Below are positions 24,801-32,666 of a stretch of 32,853 bases of DNA, in pieces. This DNA comes from a bacterium. GTDB lineage: Bacteria; SZUA-182; JAZDLJ01. Below the pieces are notes generated by a model that was given only the letters and a program-made list of their open reading frames with translations, searched no databases and was not told where the DNA came from. Position numbers and translations under genes: made by a program. The stretch is taken from contig JAZDLJ010000064.1 of the NCBI GenBank assembly GCA_043802115.1, positions 1-32,853 on the forward strand, given 5' to 3'. Position 1 is the stretch's first letter. Each line of letters starts with the position of its first letter.

Positions 24801-25603
24801 ACACCATTAAGACCACTTGTCTGATCTGTTACAGTTATTGTCCCACCTTTTGAGGCAGAGATCATTTTGGCAGCTAACGGTTTAACGGAGGAGACTGTTA
24901 TCGTATAAGAGAGGGTTTCTGTGTTGACTCCATCAGTTACCTTAACTGTGATCTGGTCATCGCCCGCCTGACTTTCAGAGGGTATCCAGGTTATTTCGCC
25001 TCGGATAGTGTCTATCGTAAGCCCCTCAGGAGGTTCTATTAAGGAATAGGTCAGTGATTTTCCAAGGGCAGAGAGGGCTTCTATCCTTTCACGATACTCT
25101 TTTCCAGCAAAGGCAGTTGTTAAAGGAGAGGTGATGAAAAATACACAAGAGAGGTCTTCATCATCGCAGTTCTGATCAAGTCCATCCCCACAGGTTTCCA
25201 TAGCTCCAGGATAACTGTCTGGATCATCATCATAACAATCTATTAAACCACAGTTACCTCCCTCCACAGTAAAACCATCGCCATCATTATCTGTGCATAG
25301 ACAAGAGGGCTGCCCAAGATATTTTTTGAATATACAAAGGGCATCAGATGGGGTAACACTTCCATCCCCATTTACATCAGCACACTCAGGGCATGTATCC
25401 AAACCAAGATAACAACGAAAGGCAATAAGGGCATCCTGCGGGGTAATGTTTCCATCCTCATTAAGATCACCATCACAATCGAAGGAACTGATATCTGTTA
25501 CATCCGTTTGAGCTTGAAGGACAATGGGTATTAACACAGCTACCAGGACAATAATCACTATTGTAAGTCTGCAAATCGTATTTATTGAGAATACCTTTTT
25601 CAT
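21866..25603 (-). CDS. Secreted multidomain protein: signal peptide, dockerin-like repeat pair, MopE-type Cys/Asp metal-binding motif, Ig-like (He_PIG-type) domain, HEXXH MA-clan metallopeptidase, ~600-aa unassigned C-terminal region
   Basis: N-terminal hydrophobic signal. DLNEDGNITPQDALIAFRCYLG and DVNGDGSVTPSDALCIFKKYLG. DCYDDDPDSYPGAMETCGDGLDQNCDDED. LTYSLIEPPEGLTIDTIRGEITW. SSAHELFHVIQH ... WLFESTAEWIADK. Confidence 0.8.
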   Translation of the reverse strand: MKKVFSINTICRLTIVIIVLVAVLIPIVLQAQTDVTDISSFDCDGDLNEDGNITPQDALIAFRCYLGLDTCPECADVNGDGSVTPSDALCIFKKYLGQPSCLCTDNDGDGFTVEGGNCGLIDCYDDDPDSYPGAMETCGDGLDQNCDDEDLSCVFFITSPLTTAFAGKEYRERIEALSALGKSLTYSLIEPPEGLTIDTIRGEITWIPSESQAGDDQITVKVTDGVNTETLSYTITVSSVKPLAAKMISASKGGTITVTDQTSGLNGVTLSIPAGALDVDTEITIGEVLSPPPPGIEEVYLHPPINIGPESLRFMFPATLKIPYSESILAKARFKDGLKESNLKFEVWEMDSWMPYNFSVDTEKNTIASQVDHNGSFSGQVSEQEITNYQTTHFLIKYKEKGEEGVLLNEKYGDGCGSSTSDGCGSLDCPVENPPPPDYVRDLASFLEYAYKQLDEQGYNLPNRSILVELKDLENLGETASNIALDNDMIIRDSKRRAYSYLEIQDILRYSSAHELFHVIQHTSFVDWDIIIKNNNNWLFESTAEWIADKIWNDYNFYNNPFSGFYIDNDRTDQFYTLTGLNMGESIIKRKEEIEDISQKKDYHWYKGIVFQKYLEANYGEEPIIHRLFLKETPSIKPLIQQMPAIADTGALTLIDNILKGLTNRNEKKTLSLADAYLDFVYHYNNKMDDAAIQEISLWKFMKEDKNFHYKYNFGFEFYKINNLEGKDRKDSPKILRHVYAESVYGEQQIQVLLNGKHDNSNKASVPENIGEELKLLPMSGATYVLKTTKGIPDPIKLEFETTGQIRGNIYLNDSDSSHTENTYLGKGGGGERLEEVVINGSADEQTIIINVINPSFYTNNNATIKIKAYYYQPFYIRFTCNGHIPKLGGKTIMVKSGVDGAKVETLKSIEKNPDLVGPFNKVDDIAYAYLYYLGNTGVAELFAHYQDVGKSGDWEYAFSLSIKNSSCEEVIDMDEYPHLSIFYYTHDDYYTPDADPEYPPEECNLFVKRVEWKKHQTKIFNCPKHTEIINGVTSTVYTLDFNNLFLIKEIRYSKVPSETSCTEWVNNYFGFDDFEGGWDTVSFKSYISDEYDQPFDSGIESQSWYCEYYYSWSLYLDHDEVPSIPEDTRYEGEENIYPYIDIASFSGRGKNVILSDKDGNNPSFRDISYSIDAYIDWGFREILHLYDCNITYIDKNGVSHVASGCKSKVVWDCKIGWGDHPESITVKGIQTVNYSMELAPADRF

Positions 25604-25782
25604 AGTCTTTACACCCCTTTATGATGAATGATGAATTAAAAAGATTAAAAATCCAGAAATTAATCCTAACCTTACTGACCTCCCTGATCTTTTAGAATCT
25701 GTTCGTCATTCTTTTGTCACCAAGTCTGCGATTCCTCGTAATTTATCCCAAAATTAAGTCTTACATATCAATCTTGGGCATC

Positions 25783-27732
25783 CTACTTCTTCCGTTCTGA
25801 CGGCAACTCCTCATAATCATCACCTAAGATCATCTTTAACGATCTCTTTGCTGCATTCCTTATATTCCTATGGACATCTTTATCTCTAAAGGCAGTCTTT
25901 AACAGTCCAACAGTAGAGATAGCCTTAAGTTTCCCTAAGGCTTCAGTCGCATTTTGAAGTCTATTACCATTAGCTAACCTGTTTGCCTTTGAATAGGCAT
26001 AGTTAACAATGGGATCTTCTAGTTTCCATAAGGCTGATTCTAACGTCCTATATGCAAAAATAGAGGCTACGTAAGTATCCTCATCGTCGCTTTTAAGGGC
26101 AATAATCTCTCTTTTATAGGCAGTAAAGGCCTCCTCAACTGCCGTAATATCTTTTACCTCCCCCATACACGCGGCAAAACCAAAAAGGATATTTTGCAGA
26201 CTCTTCGCATACTCATAGTCTCCATATAGTTTAATCATCTGTTTATGCACCTTAATTAAACCTTCAATAGCCAAAGGATCGCCCAATTCCCCCAAGGCAA
26301 AGGAGGCGTAGGTCTTAATAAAATAATCCTCTCTTTTTAACATCTCAATTAAAGGTTTGACCGCTCGACAATCTTTTATCATGCCTAAGGCCTTTATAGC
26401 AGCAATCTCAACAATAATATTTTCATCATTGAGTAATAGGAGCAGAGGCTCGACTGCCCGTGGGTCTTTAAACCAGCCTAGTATTTTAGCAGCAGCGTTT
26501 TGGACAAGGCAATTTTTATCCTTAAGTAGAGGGATTATGGGTTCTACTGCCCGAAGGTCTCCCAACTCAATCAGGGCATTAAGGGTATATATCTTGAGAT
26601 CAATATTATCATCCTTTAAGGTGGCGATTAAAGGCTCGAAGGCACGAATATTCTTAATTATCCCTAATGCCTGTACTGAATATGCCCGAACGTGTATACT
26701 TTTATCATTAATAGCCATAATTAAGGCATCAACTGCCTGCGAATCGCCAAGCTGCCCTAGGGCTATTGCTGCACTTTCTCGAACTATCCAATCTTTAGCC
26801 TTTAAGGCCTGAATTAAGGGAAGAACGGCCTTTTTAATCTTTAATTTTCCTAAGGCATAGGCAGCTTTTGTCTGAAGGACTGGATTGCTGTCATCAGTTA
26901 AAATTTTTATTATTTGGTCTACTGCAGTCTTGCCTAGCCTTGTTGGCATACTCATAAACAGCTCTCTTATCCTATAAAAGTCTCCCTTTGGATTTATTCC
27001 ATCTAATAGTAATGGGAGCGCCTCCATGCCCATATTTTTGAACACCTCTTCTATTATTGCCTCCCGCTTTTTAACCATGGTTTCTTTATTAATAACAAGA
27101 TATTTAATAGCAATCTTGTCCTGAGCTCGCTCATTTGGAAATGGAAAATCTAAAAGTCGCAAGGCACCTTCGAATTGTCCAAGTTCTCGGGCTACCTCAG
27201 CCTTTGTTAATCGATCTTCAGGGTCTTTATTAGATAGCAGATCATAAAGAGATTCGAGATTTTTTACTGCCTGTCCTGAGAGGTTAATTGCTTTAGTATC
27301 TTTATTATTTCTACGTTCATCATTAGAGGCCCACCATGCCCTGATTCGGATATATTTTTCCTTAGCAAGATCCTTTGGCGGGTGATCTAATAAACTATAA
27401 TAATCATCCTTAGAGGGGATAATGTAACTTTTTATCGTCTCATTCGAGAGTTCTTCATTATCTATTACCTGTGCCTCATCTAACCAAAAAAAAGAGGAGC
27501 ATCCTGGGCATCCTACTAATCTGAGAAGACCTGGCAACATAGCTGCTTCTACCTTGCCATCGGTCCAAAACTGCGCTCCAAAGGTATTTCCTGAAATTGC
27601 GGATCCTTCTATAATAAGTTGACCACAGTGAGGGCACCTTTTTATAATATTAGGTCCAGGTAGGTAGGCGTAAGTGTATATTGGACTGAACATTAAAAGA
27701 ACAAAAAAAATGATAAGAGCTCGTTTAGCCAT
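25783..27732 (-). CDS. HEAT-repeat (PBS-lyase type) protein with N-terminal hydrophobic segment and CxxC...CxxC zinc-ribbon-like motif
   Basis: MAKRALIIFFVLLMFSPIY, then CPHCGQ ... CPGC. At least 6 repeats of the type VR..A..ALG.(L/I)(G/K)D.RA(V/F)EPLI..LKD. Confidence 0.8.
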   Translation of the reverse strand: MAKRALIIFFVLLMFSPIYTYAYLPGPNIIKRCPHCGQLIIEGSAISGNTFGAQFWTDGKVEAAMLPGLLRLVGCPGCSSFFWLDEAQVIDNEELSNETIKSYIIPSKDDYYSLLDHPPKDLAKEKYIRIRAWWASNDERRNNKDTKAINLSGQAVKNLESLYDLLSNKDPEDRLTKAEVARELGQFEGALRLLDFPFPNERAQDKIAIKYLVINKETMVKKREAIIEEVFKNMGMEALPLLLDGINPKGDFYRIRELFMSMPTRLGKTAVDQIIKILTDDSNPVLQTKAAYALGKLKIKKAVLPLIQALKAKDWIVRESAAIALGQLGDSQAVDALIMAINDKSIHVRAYSVQALGIIKNIRAFEPLIATLKDDNIDLKIYTLNALIELGDLRAVEPIIPLLKDKNCLVQNAAAKILGWFKDPRAVEPLLLLLNDENIIVEIAAIKALGMIKDCRAVKPLIEMLKREDYFIKTYASFALGELGDPLAIEGLIKVHKQMIKLYGDYEYAKSLQNILFGFAACMGEVKDITAVEEAFTAYKREIIALKSDDEDTYVASIFAYRTLESALWKLEDPIVNYAYSKANRLANGNRLQNATEALGKLKAISTVGLLKTAFRDKDVHRNIRNAAKRSLKMILGDDYEELPSERKK

Positions 27733-27908
27733 TACAACTCTCCTTTTCTAATTAACTCCTGCCAATCCTCATAATTTCCGTCCAAAGATATATTACATAT
27801 AACTCTAAGATTTTCAACTACTTTTTCCCTTATCCAGGGATTATTATCTTTTAAAGAGTTAATCAGCGGCTCGATTGTCTGTTTATCTTTTATTCGTATC
27901 CTCTTCAA
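27732..27908 (-). pseudogene. 58-codon HEAT-repeat fragment (3' remnant of an upstream HEAT gene)
   Basis: Minus strand reads (TTG)KRIRIKDKQTIEPLINSLKDNNPWIREKVVENLRVICNISLDGNYEDWQELIRKGEL-TAA. The TAA overlaps ATG 27732 (TAATG). The 5' side is replaced by repeat sequence similar to 15697-15752. Confidence 0.4.
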
Positions 27909-28083
27909 ATTTCATGGTAACTAAATTAAGTTAGAATTTAACCAGGTTTTGTTTTTAGCCCTGAACATTATTACCTTACTTTTTGAAGAGGATACCAATT
28001 TTACGGGAATCTGTGCTAAGAAAATTTACAAAAAGCCTACTAAACAACTCACTCCAGCAAAATTCTTGTCTTCTCTTGCCCTA

Positions 28084-28119
28084 GAGAATAGAGTATTTAT
28101 TTTGGAAAGATGTCTAGTA
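28084..28119 (+). repeat. Inverted copy of the last ~36 nt of the truncated STAND gene
   Basis: gagaatagagtatttattttggaaagatgtctagta compared with the reverse complement of 29378-29413, gagaatacgatatttattttggaaagatgtctagta: 3 mismatches, then 26 identical nt. It abuts MITE copy B. Confidence 0.8.
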
Positions 28120-28308
28120 CTCCAAGTTAGGTTTTTCCAAGTGATTTTGTTAGTTAAAACCAGAGTGTTAAGACACAAAGGCACTGTGACACAAAGTTTT
28201 TAAGTTTTTTTTATTTTTTTCCTTTGTGCCTCTGCTACTTTGTGCCTAAACAGCTAGTTACAAAACTAACCTGCATTACCTCAAAAAAACCTAACTTGGA
28301 GTAGTATA
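28115..28308. mobile_element. MITE copy B, inverted relative to copy A, with a degenerate left end
   Basis: The right end aaaaaacctaacttggagtagta-TA (28284-28308) matches the copy A ends. The interior gttaagacacaaaggcactgtgacacaaagtttttaag...cctttgtgcctc matches the reverse complement of the copy A interior. Confidence 0.7.
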
Positions 28309-28313
28309 ATTGG

Positions 28314-28685
28314 TCAGGAGTATTCTTCAAGATTGTCTTTCTCCTCTTTAAGGGCAATTGCCTCTTTACTAAGAGTATTTCTAACAACTATCCCGAGACT
28401 CCAGAATATATCGTCCATAAGAGCCTTTTCTCTTCCTTCAAGTATTTTAATCTGATTAAAGACATCTCTCCACTCGTAGGCATCACATTTAACCTCAAGA
28501 TTGTATTCTTCTATATGAGGAATAATCTCTTTTTCAAAATTCTCGAAGGACATCTTATGCTTTTTTTTGAAAAAATTATCTAAGCCTCTATATCTAGTTA
28601 ATCTCCTTTGATAATCGTTATAAACATAGTACATCCGCTCATTTTCAGCCAACTCACCTAACTGACCACTAAACATATCTTCCAT
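28314..28685 (-). CDS. Family P copy 2 (123 aa) with a chimeric, repeat-derived C-terminal tail
   Basis: SD GAGGAGG. MEDMFSGQLGELAENERMYYVYNDYQRRLTRYRGL...FENFEKEII...YEWRD. The last ~24 codons are built from blocks also found at 21758-21795 and 15648-15692. Confidence 0.6.
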   Translation of the reverse strand: MEDMFSGQLGELAENERMYYVYNDYQRRLTRYRGLDNFFKKKHKMSFENFEKEIIPHIEEYNLEVKCDAYEWRDVFNQIKILEGREKALMDDIFWSLGIVVRNTLSKEAIALKEEKDNLEEYS

Positions 28686-29021
28686 TATTCTATCTTCCTC
28701 CTCGTCTTTAGCTCACCTTGTATTTTAAAAACTTCTGTGTTGTATATATCCTTTAAGGGATAGGAACAAAATAACCCAAATTATATCTTCAAACTTAGGT
28801 CCGATATAAAAAGCATTTAAAAATATTTTTAGACAAGATTTTCAGGATAAAAAACAAATAATTTAAGAAGATGTATTAATTTAATAGTTAATCTTTTTCC
28901 TGTTAATCCTGTTATCCTGTCTAAATTTTTTATTTTTTTATTTTAGGTTAATTTATTAAATTTTTATCTCTAAACGGGTAATTTTGAGACTTTTTCTTGT
29001 GTTAATTTCGCATTAAAACTT

Positions 29022-29351
29022 TTAAAGCGCCATCCAAGTTTCATTTTTATTTACTATTCCAAAGCTCATAAGCGTTTCTTTTATAAGATCATCCTCCTTT
29101 TTTTCAAGTATCTTAATCTCATTAACAGCAGCTCTCCATTCTTGGGTATCAGATTCAACCTCAAAATCATTTTTTTCTATTTCCGCAATAATCTCTTTTT
29201 CAAATTCCTCAAAGTCCATTTTATATTTTTTTTTGAAAGAATCATCTAGGTTTTTATATCTGGTTAATTTCCTTTGATAATCTTTACGAAGATAGTACTT
29301 ACGTTCATTTTCAACTAATCCAATGAATTGTTTGTTAAAAAAATCGTCCAT
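29022..29351 (-). CDS. Family P copy 3 (109 aa)
   Basis: ORF 29022..29441. Start placed at ATG 29351 behind AAAGGAG, 22 nt after the stop of the truncated STAND gene. MDDFFNKQFIGLVENERKYYLRKDYQRKLTRYKNL...FEEFEKEII...QEWRA. Confidence 0.6.
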   Translation of the reverse strand: MDDFFNKQFIGLVENERKYYLRKDYQRKLTRYKNLDDSFKKKYKMDFEEFEKEIIAEIEKNDFEVESDTQEWRAAVNEIKILEKKEDDLIKETLMSFGIVNKNETWMAL

Positions 29352-29373
29352 TTTTTCTCCTTTCTTTAGTTTT

Positions 29374-32300
29374 TTAGCTACTAGACATCTTTCCAAAATA
29401 AATATCGTATTCTCCTTTTCTGTCATTAATAATCGCATCACCTATCCGCCTCGATAATATACTTATTAAATTTAATTTATCTTCTGTAAATAGCCCACTT
29501 ATTAATCTATTCTCAAGATAAATACAACCAATCATCTTTTCTTCAATAATAATAGGCACACACATAACACTTTGCAATCCGTACTTAACCACACTCAGGT
29601 TCTCTCTCAACGCCCTATCTGCCTCAGCATCTGTGACTAATAAGGCCTGCCTGGTCTCTGCAACCTTTTTAATGATACTCCTACTTATCTCAAACTCTTC
29701 TGTCCTGTGTTGAGCCTTATTAAGGTTATAGCTAATTTTTACCTCTAAGCCCTTTTCCTTCCCGCCTTCTTCAGGATATAAGAGCAATGCCCCTCGTTCT
29801 GCCCCACCAATCTCAATTATGGTATCCATAGTCTTTTCCAGGATATCGTCCAGATTAATAAGTTCATCAAGCTCCTCATCCAGGGCTAAAAATGAGGACA
29901 TCTGGAGACTTCTCTCTAGCTTCCTTTGAATTGTCCATTCATTTTCTTTTCCTTTTACTAATTTAGGATCTATTGACATTAAAAGGATGTTAGCCCTTTT
30001 AAGATCAATTTCTGCCCCACATTCAGTAAAGAGATCCCTTGCCTCCACGAGATAATCTTTATAATGATCTATAGTTTCTCTGTCATCAGGCTTATCCTCA
30101 AGGAGAAAAGATGCCTCTTCAAGGAGGATATAGCCAAGTCTGTATTTGTCCTGGGTATTCTCCCGTAACCATTTTATTCCCTGTTCCCAGATTTCTTTTG
30201 CCTGCTCCTTTCTACCTGCAAGCCAATTGTATGTCCCATTAACCTGATAGGCCCAGCCAAGGAAGTACCTGTATTTTTTCCCCCAACCAAGGGACTTTTT
30301 ACTGAACCACTTTGCCCTCTCAAGGTATCTATCTCTTAGCTCGTTTGACAAATCGGGGGTATTAGTAATAGTGCTAGTATATATTTGAGCGCCTATAGGA
30401 AATATCTCCAAATTCCAAAAACATCGATTAAAATGGGTTGAAAATAGTTTTGCAGCTTCTTCTATTATCTTTATGGCTTTGTTATACTCTCTTTTAATTA
30501 AGTAGACAAAGGCCAAAACCTCTCTTGACCAAACAAAATTTGCTGTGTCATTTGTCCGTCTCGCTAACTCAACACTCAATTTAGACTCATTTATGACCTC
30601 ATCATCAATAGTACCTATAAAACAGTATAGTCTAACCTTCCACCCATATGCCCATCCCAAATATTGCAGCGAATTGACCTGTTTCATTAAGTTGATAAAT
30701 TCAGTTACTGATTGATCAGCTACCTTAAATTCTCCAGCAAGAATATTACTGTTTATATAAAAGGCATACGCTACACTTAATCCGAAATAATCCCCTATGC
30801 TTTTAAGGATTTCGATTCCCTTATAACCATAATCTATGGCCTCCTTAATTTCATTATTGGCATAAAAAGTACAACAGCCATAAGCGTAGGAGACACCTTC
30901 TAAGAACTTATTATTAATCTTTTTTGAGAGATTCAATCCGTTAGCTAAATCTCTAATTGCCCTTGAAAACCACGGTAATTTTATCCATACAGGCCCTCCT
31001 GTATTATAAATATAAGCCATCTCGTAACTAGGGCCTATCTTTTCCGCCAGATTAAGCATCCTTAGATAAATATAAAAACACTTCTTCATATCCATAAAAT
31101 AATATATATGACCGAGCGTAATCAAAAGTTTTACAATAAGTGTTTGAAGTGGGTCATCACTATATTCCTTCTTAACAAAATACCTGGGGAATAAGGTATG
31201 AAGGGTTTGAACAACAAGCTCTCTCGAGGTCTTTAAGATGACCTGAAATTTACCTTCTGGCATCTTGACTCCCAGGGAATAAAGACACCTTTCCATAACA
31301 TAAATACTGTCTTCCAGTTTACCTGCAACCCAGAAGGTCAGACCGATCTTATAATACAGCTCTGCCATCTTAAATTTATCTTTTTTTGGGATTAAGTCCT
31401 TACAATTGTCTAATACCTTTATGGCCTCAAGGAAGTTTCCTGCTAATCGATAGACGTCTCCCAGGTCTTCTAATACCTCAAGATATTCAGGGGTTGAGGT
31501 CATCTGCTTTTTCTCAAGGAGCGCCTTTACCTTTAGATAGAAATCTATCGCCTCTTGATTTGCATACCTTGCCTTGGCCGTTTTCCCTGCTAGTATTCCA
31601 TACTTCAGCGACTTCTCTTCATCCCTTCCCTCCAGATAATGATTAGCCAATTCAAATATAATCTTATCTATCTCCTTGCTATCCTTGTACATCTCCTCTA
31701 ATGCCTGCCCTAACCTTAGATGTAGGGTACTCTTCTCCTCCTCACTTATCTTTTGGTAAAAGGCCTCCCTGATTCGATCATGGATAAAAAACAATTCCCC
31801 TCGGAGATTGTCTCTTTCTAATAGCTGCATCTCCATTGCCTCATCTACCAACTGGATCAACTCCTCCATATTTATCTGGGTAATTGTCTGCAAAAATTCA
31901 ATCTTGAACCTCTTCCCTATTACGGCTGCTGTTGAAAGGATATTCATCGTATCTTTACCAAGGGAGTCTATCCTTTTCAATAAGACTTCAATGATTGTGG
32001 CTGGAATGGATATTGATTCCAAATTTTTTTGGTCTGTTCCCCAATGATCATTTTTATACCTTATCCCTTCCTCATTTACAATCTGCCGCAAGATTTCTAT
32101 GGTAAAGAACGGATTTCCCATACTCTTTTTATAGATATAGTTACTTAATTCACGCGTTCTCTCCGTACGTTCTAATAAAAGATTGCCTATAAAATTGTTT
32201 GTTTCCGAAGGGGTAAAATTATTCATCTGAATCTCTGCCAGTGGCAGCCTATTCTTCTTAGCATCTCCAATTATCTTGCTTAATCGGCGCCCTTCTCCCA

Positions 32301-32661
32301 GCTCGTTATCCCGGTATGTCCCTAAAATAAAAAGAGGATAGGAGGTTATATCTCTAATAAGTTCATTTAAGATGGTTAATGTCCCCTCATCTGCCCAATG
32401 GAGGTCATCAATAAAAAGGATTACAGGCCTTTCTTTCTCCCCAAGGCTCTTGAAAAATCTGGCACAGACTATCAAAAAACGTCGGTTTTCTTTTTCTGGA
32501 CTATCCAGAGCAACAATAGATGAAACCTCCCCCAACATCTCTTGCAGTAATGGATTCAGTCGATAAAGGATATCTCCTAATTCTCCAACTCCTTCCCTGA
32601 CTCTTTTTTTTACCTTGTTTTGTTCGCATAGGTCTACAAGTCTTGGTATGAAAAATAACAC
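29374..32661 (-). CDS. 5'-truncated paralogue of the kinase-STAND-GAF gene: no kinase domain and no Walker A; retains Walker B, helical repeats and GAF. Possibly a pseudogene.
   Basis: 1095-codon open frame. Homology to 16949..21364 begins near nt 32628 (KVKKRVREGVGELG vs KDKVRERLREGVGELG). ILFIDDLHWAD is retained. Long identical runs include MAELYYKIGLTFWVAGKLEDSIY and KYRYFLGWAYQVNGTYNWL. GTG start without a visible SD. Confidence 0.75.
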   Translation of the reverse strand: MLFFIPRLVDLCEQNKVKKRVREGVGELGDILYRLNPLLQEMLGEVSSIVALDSPEKENRRFLIVCARFFKSLGEKERPVILFIDDLHWADEGTLTILNELIRDITSYPLFILGTYRDNELGEGRRLSKIIGDAKKNRLPLAEIQMNNFTPSETNNFIGNLLLERTERTRELSNYIYKKSMGNPFFTIEILRQIVNEEGIRYKNDHWGTDQKNLESISIPATIIEVLLKRIDSLGKDTMNILSTAAVIGKRFKIEFLQTITQINMEELIQLVDEAMEMQLLERDNLRGELFFIHDRIREAFYQKISEEEKSTLHLRLGQALEEMYKDSKEIDKIIFELANHYLEGRDEEKSLKYGILAGKTAKARYANQEAIDFYLKVKALLEKKQMTSTPEYLEVLEDLGDVYRLAGNFLEAIKVLDNCKDLIPKKDKFKMAELYYKIGLTFWVAGKLEDSIYVMERCLYSLGVKMPEGKFQVILKTSRELVVQTLHTLFPRYFVKKEYSDDPLQTLIVKLLITLGHIYYFMDMKKCFYIYLRMLNLAEKIGPSYEMAYIYNTGGPVWIKLPWFSRAIRDLANGLNLSKKINNKFLEGVSYAYGCCTFYANNEIKEAIDYGYKGIEILKSIGDYFGLSVAYAFYINSNILAGEFKVADQSVTEFINLMKQVNSLQYLGWAYGWKVRLYCFIGTIDDEVINESKLSVELARRTNDTANFVWSREVLAFVYLIKREYNKAIKIIEEAAKLFSTHFNRCFWNLEIFPIGAQIYTSTITNTPDLSNELRDRYLERAKWFSKKSLGWGKKYRYFLGWAYQVNGTYNWLAGRKEQAKEIWEQGIKWLRENTQDKYRLGYILLEEASFLLEDKPDDRETIDHYKDYLVEARDLFTECGAEIDLKRANILLMSIDPKLVKGKENEWTIQRKLERSLQMSSFLALDEELDELINLDDILEKTMDTIIEIGGAERGALLLYPEEGGKEKGLEVKISYNLNKAQHRTEEFEISRSIIKKVAETRQALLVTDAEADRALRENLSVVKYGLQSVMCVPIIIEEKMIGCIYLENRLISGLFTEDKLNLISILSRRIGDAIINDRKGEYDIYFGKMSSS

Positions 32662-32666
32662 ACTAA

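Noticed and set aside
15838-28308. CRISPR array, suggested by recurring short repeats (ggcac repeats, U repeats, GCCCTGAAAGGGC motifs).
   Set aside because: The repeats are not regularly spaced direct repeats separated by unique spacers. They occur as inverted pairs or within TIR-bounded elements, and no cas genes are present.
16161-28385. Integron-style cassette array with attC sites, suggested by co-oriented small cassettes and a conserved palindromic junction block at 16161-16186, 21758-21783 and 28352-28377.
   Set aside because: I saw no intI gene in the window, no RYYYAAC/GTTRRRY core pairs at the block ends, and a block much shorter than typical attC sites. Recombination scars between duplicated TA cassettes explain it more simply.
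415-32566. All plus-strand ORFs in the track (415..702, 984..1265, 1614..1883, 3187..3414, 3859..4131, 4311..4505, 5618..5806, 6039..6338, 10141..10335, 11279..11536, 11619..11930, 11951..12400, 13066..13287, 13116..13436, 13642..13848, 17274..17603, 17838..18035, 18656..18907, 18934..19320, 19356..19595, 21098..21391, 24217..24432, 26357..26812, 27949..28203, 31386..31646, 31808..32047, 32372..32566).
   Set aside because: Each lies antisense within a much longer minus-strand gene that has clear family motifs, or within repeat or MITE sequence. They have low-complexity, Ser/Pro/Leu/Ile-rich composition, no recognisable motifs and no SD. I treat them as shadow ORFs.
16949-32661. Diversity-generating retroelement or retron, considered because of the two near-duplicate STAND genes and the many structured repeats.
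   Set aside because: No reverse transcriptase ORF is present on either strand. Differences between the paralogues are spread over the whole length and over all base types, not confined to adenines in a short C-terminal variable region.
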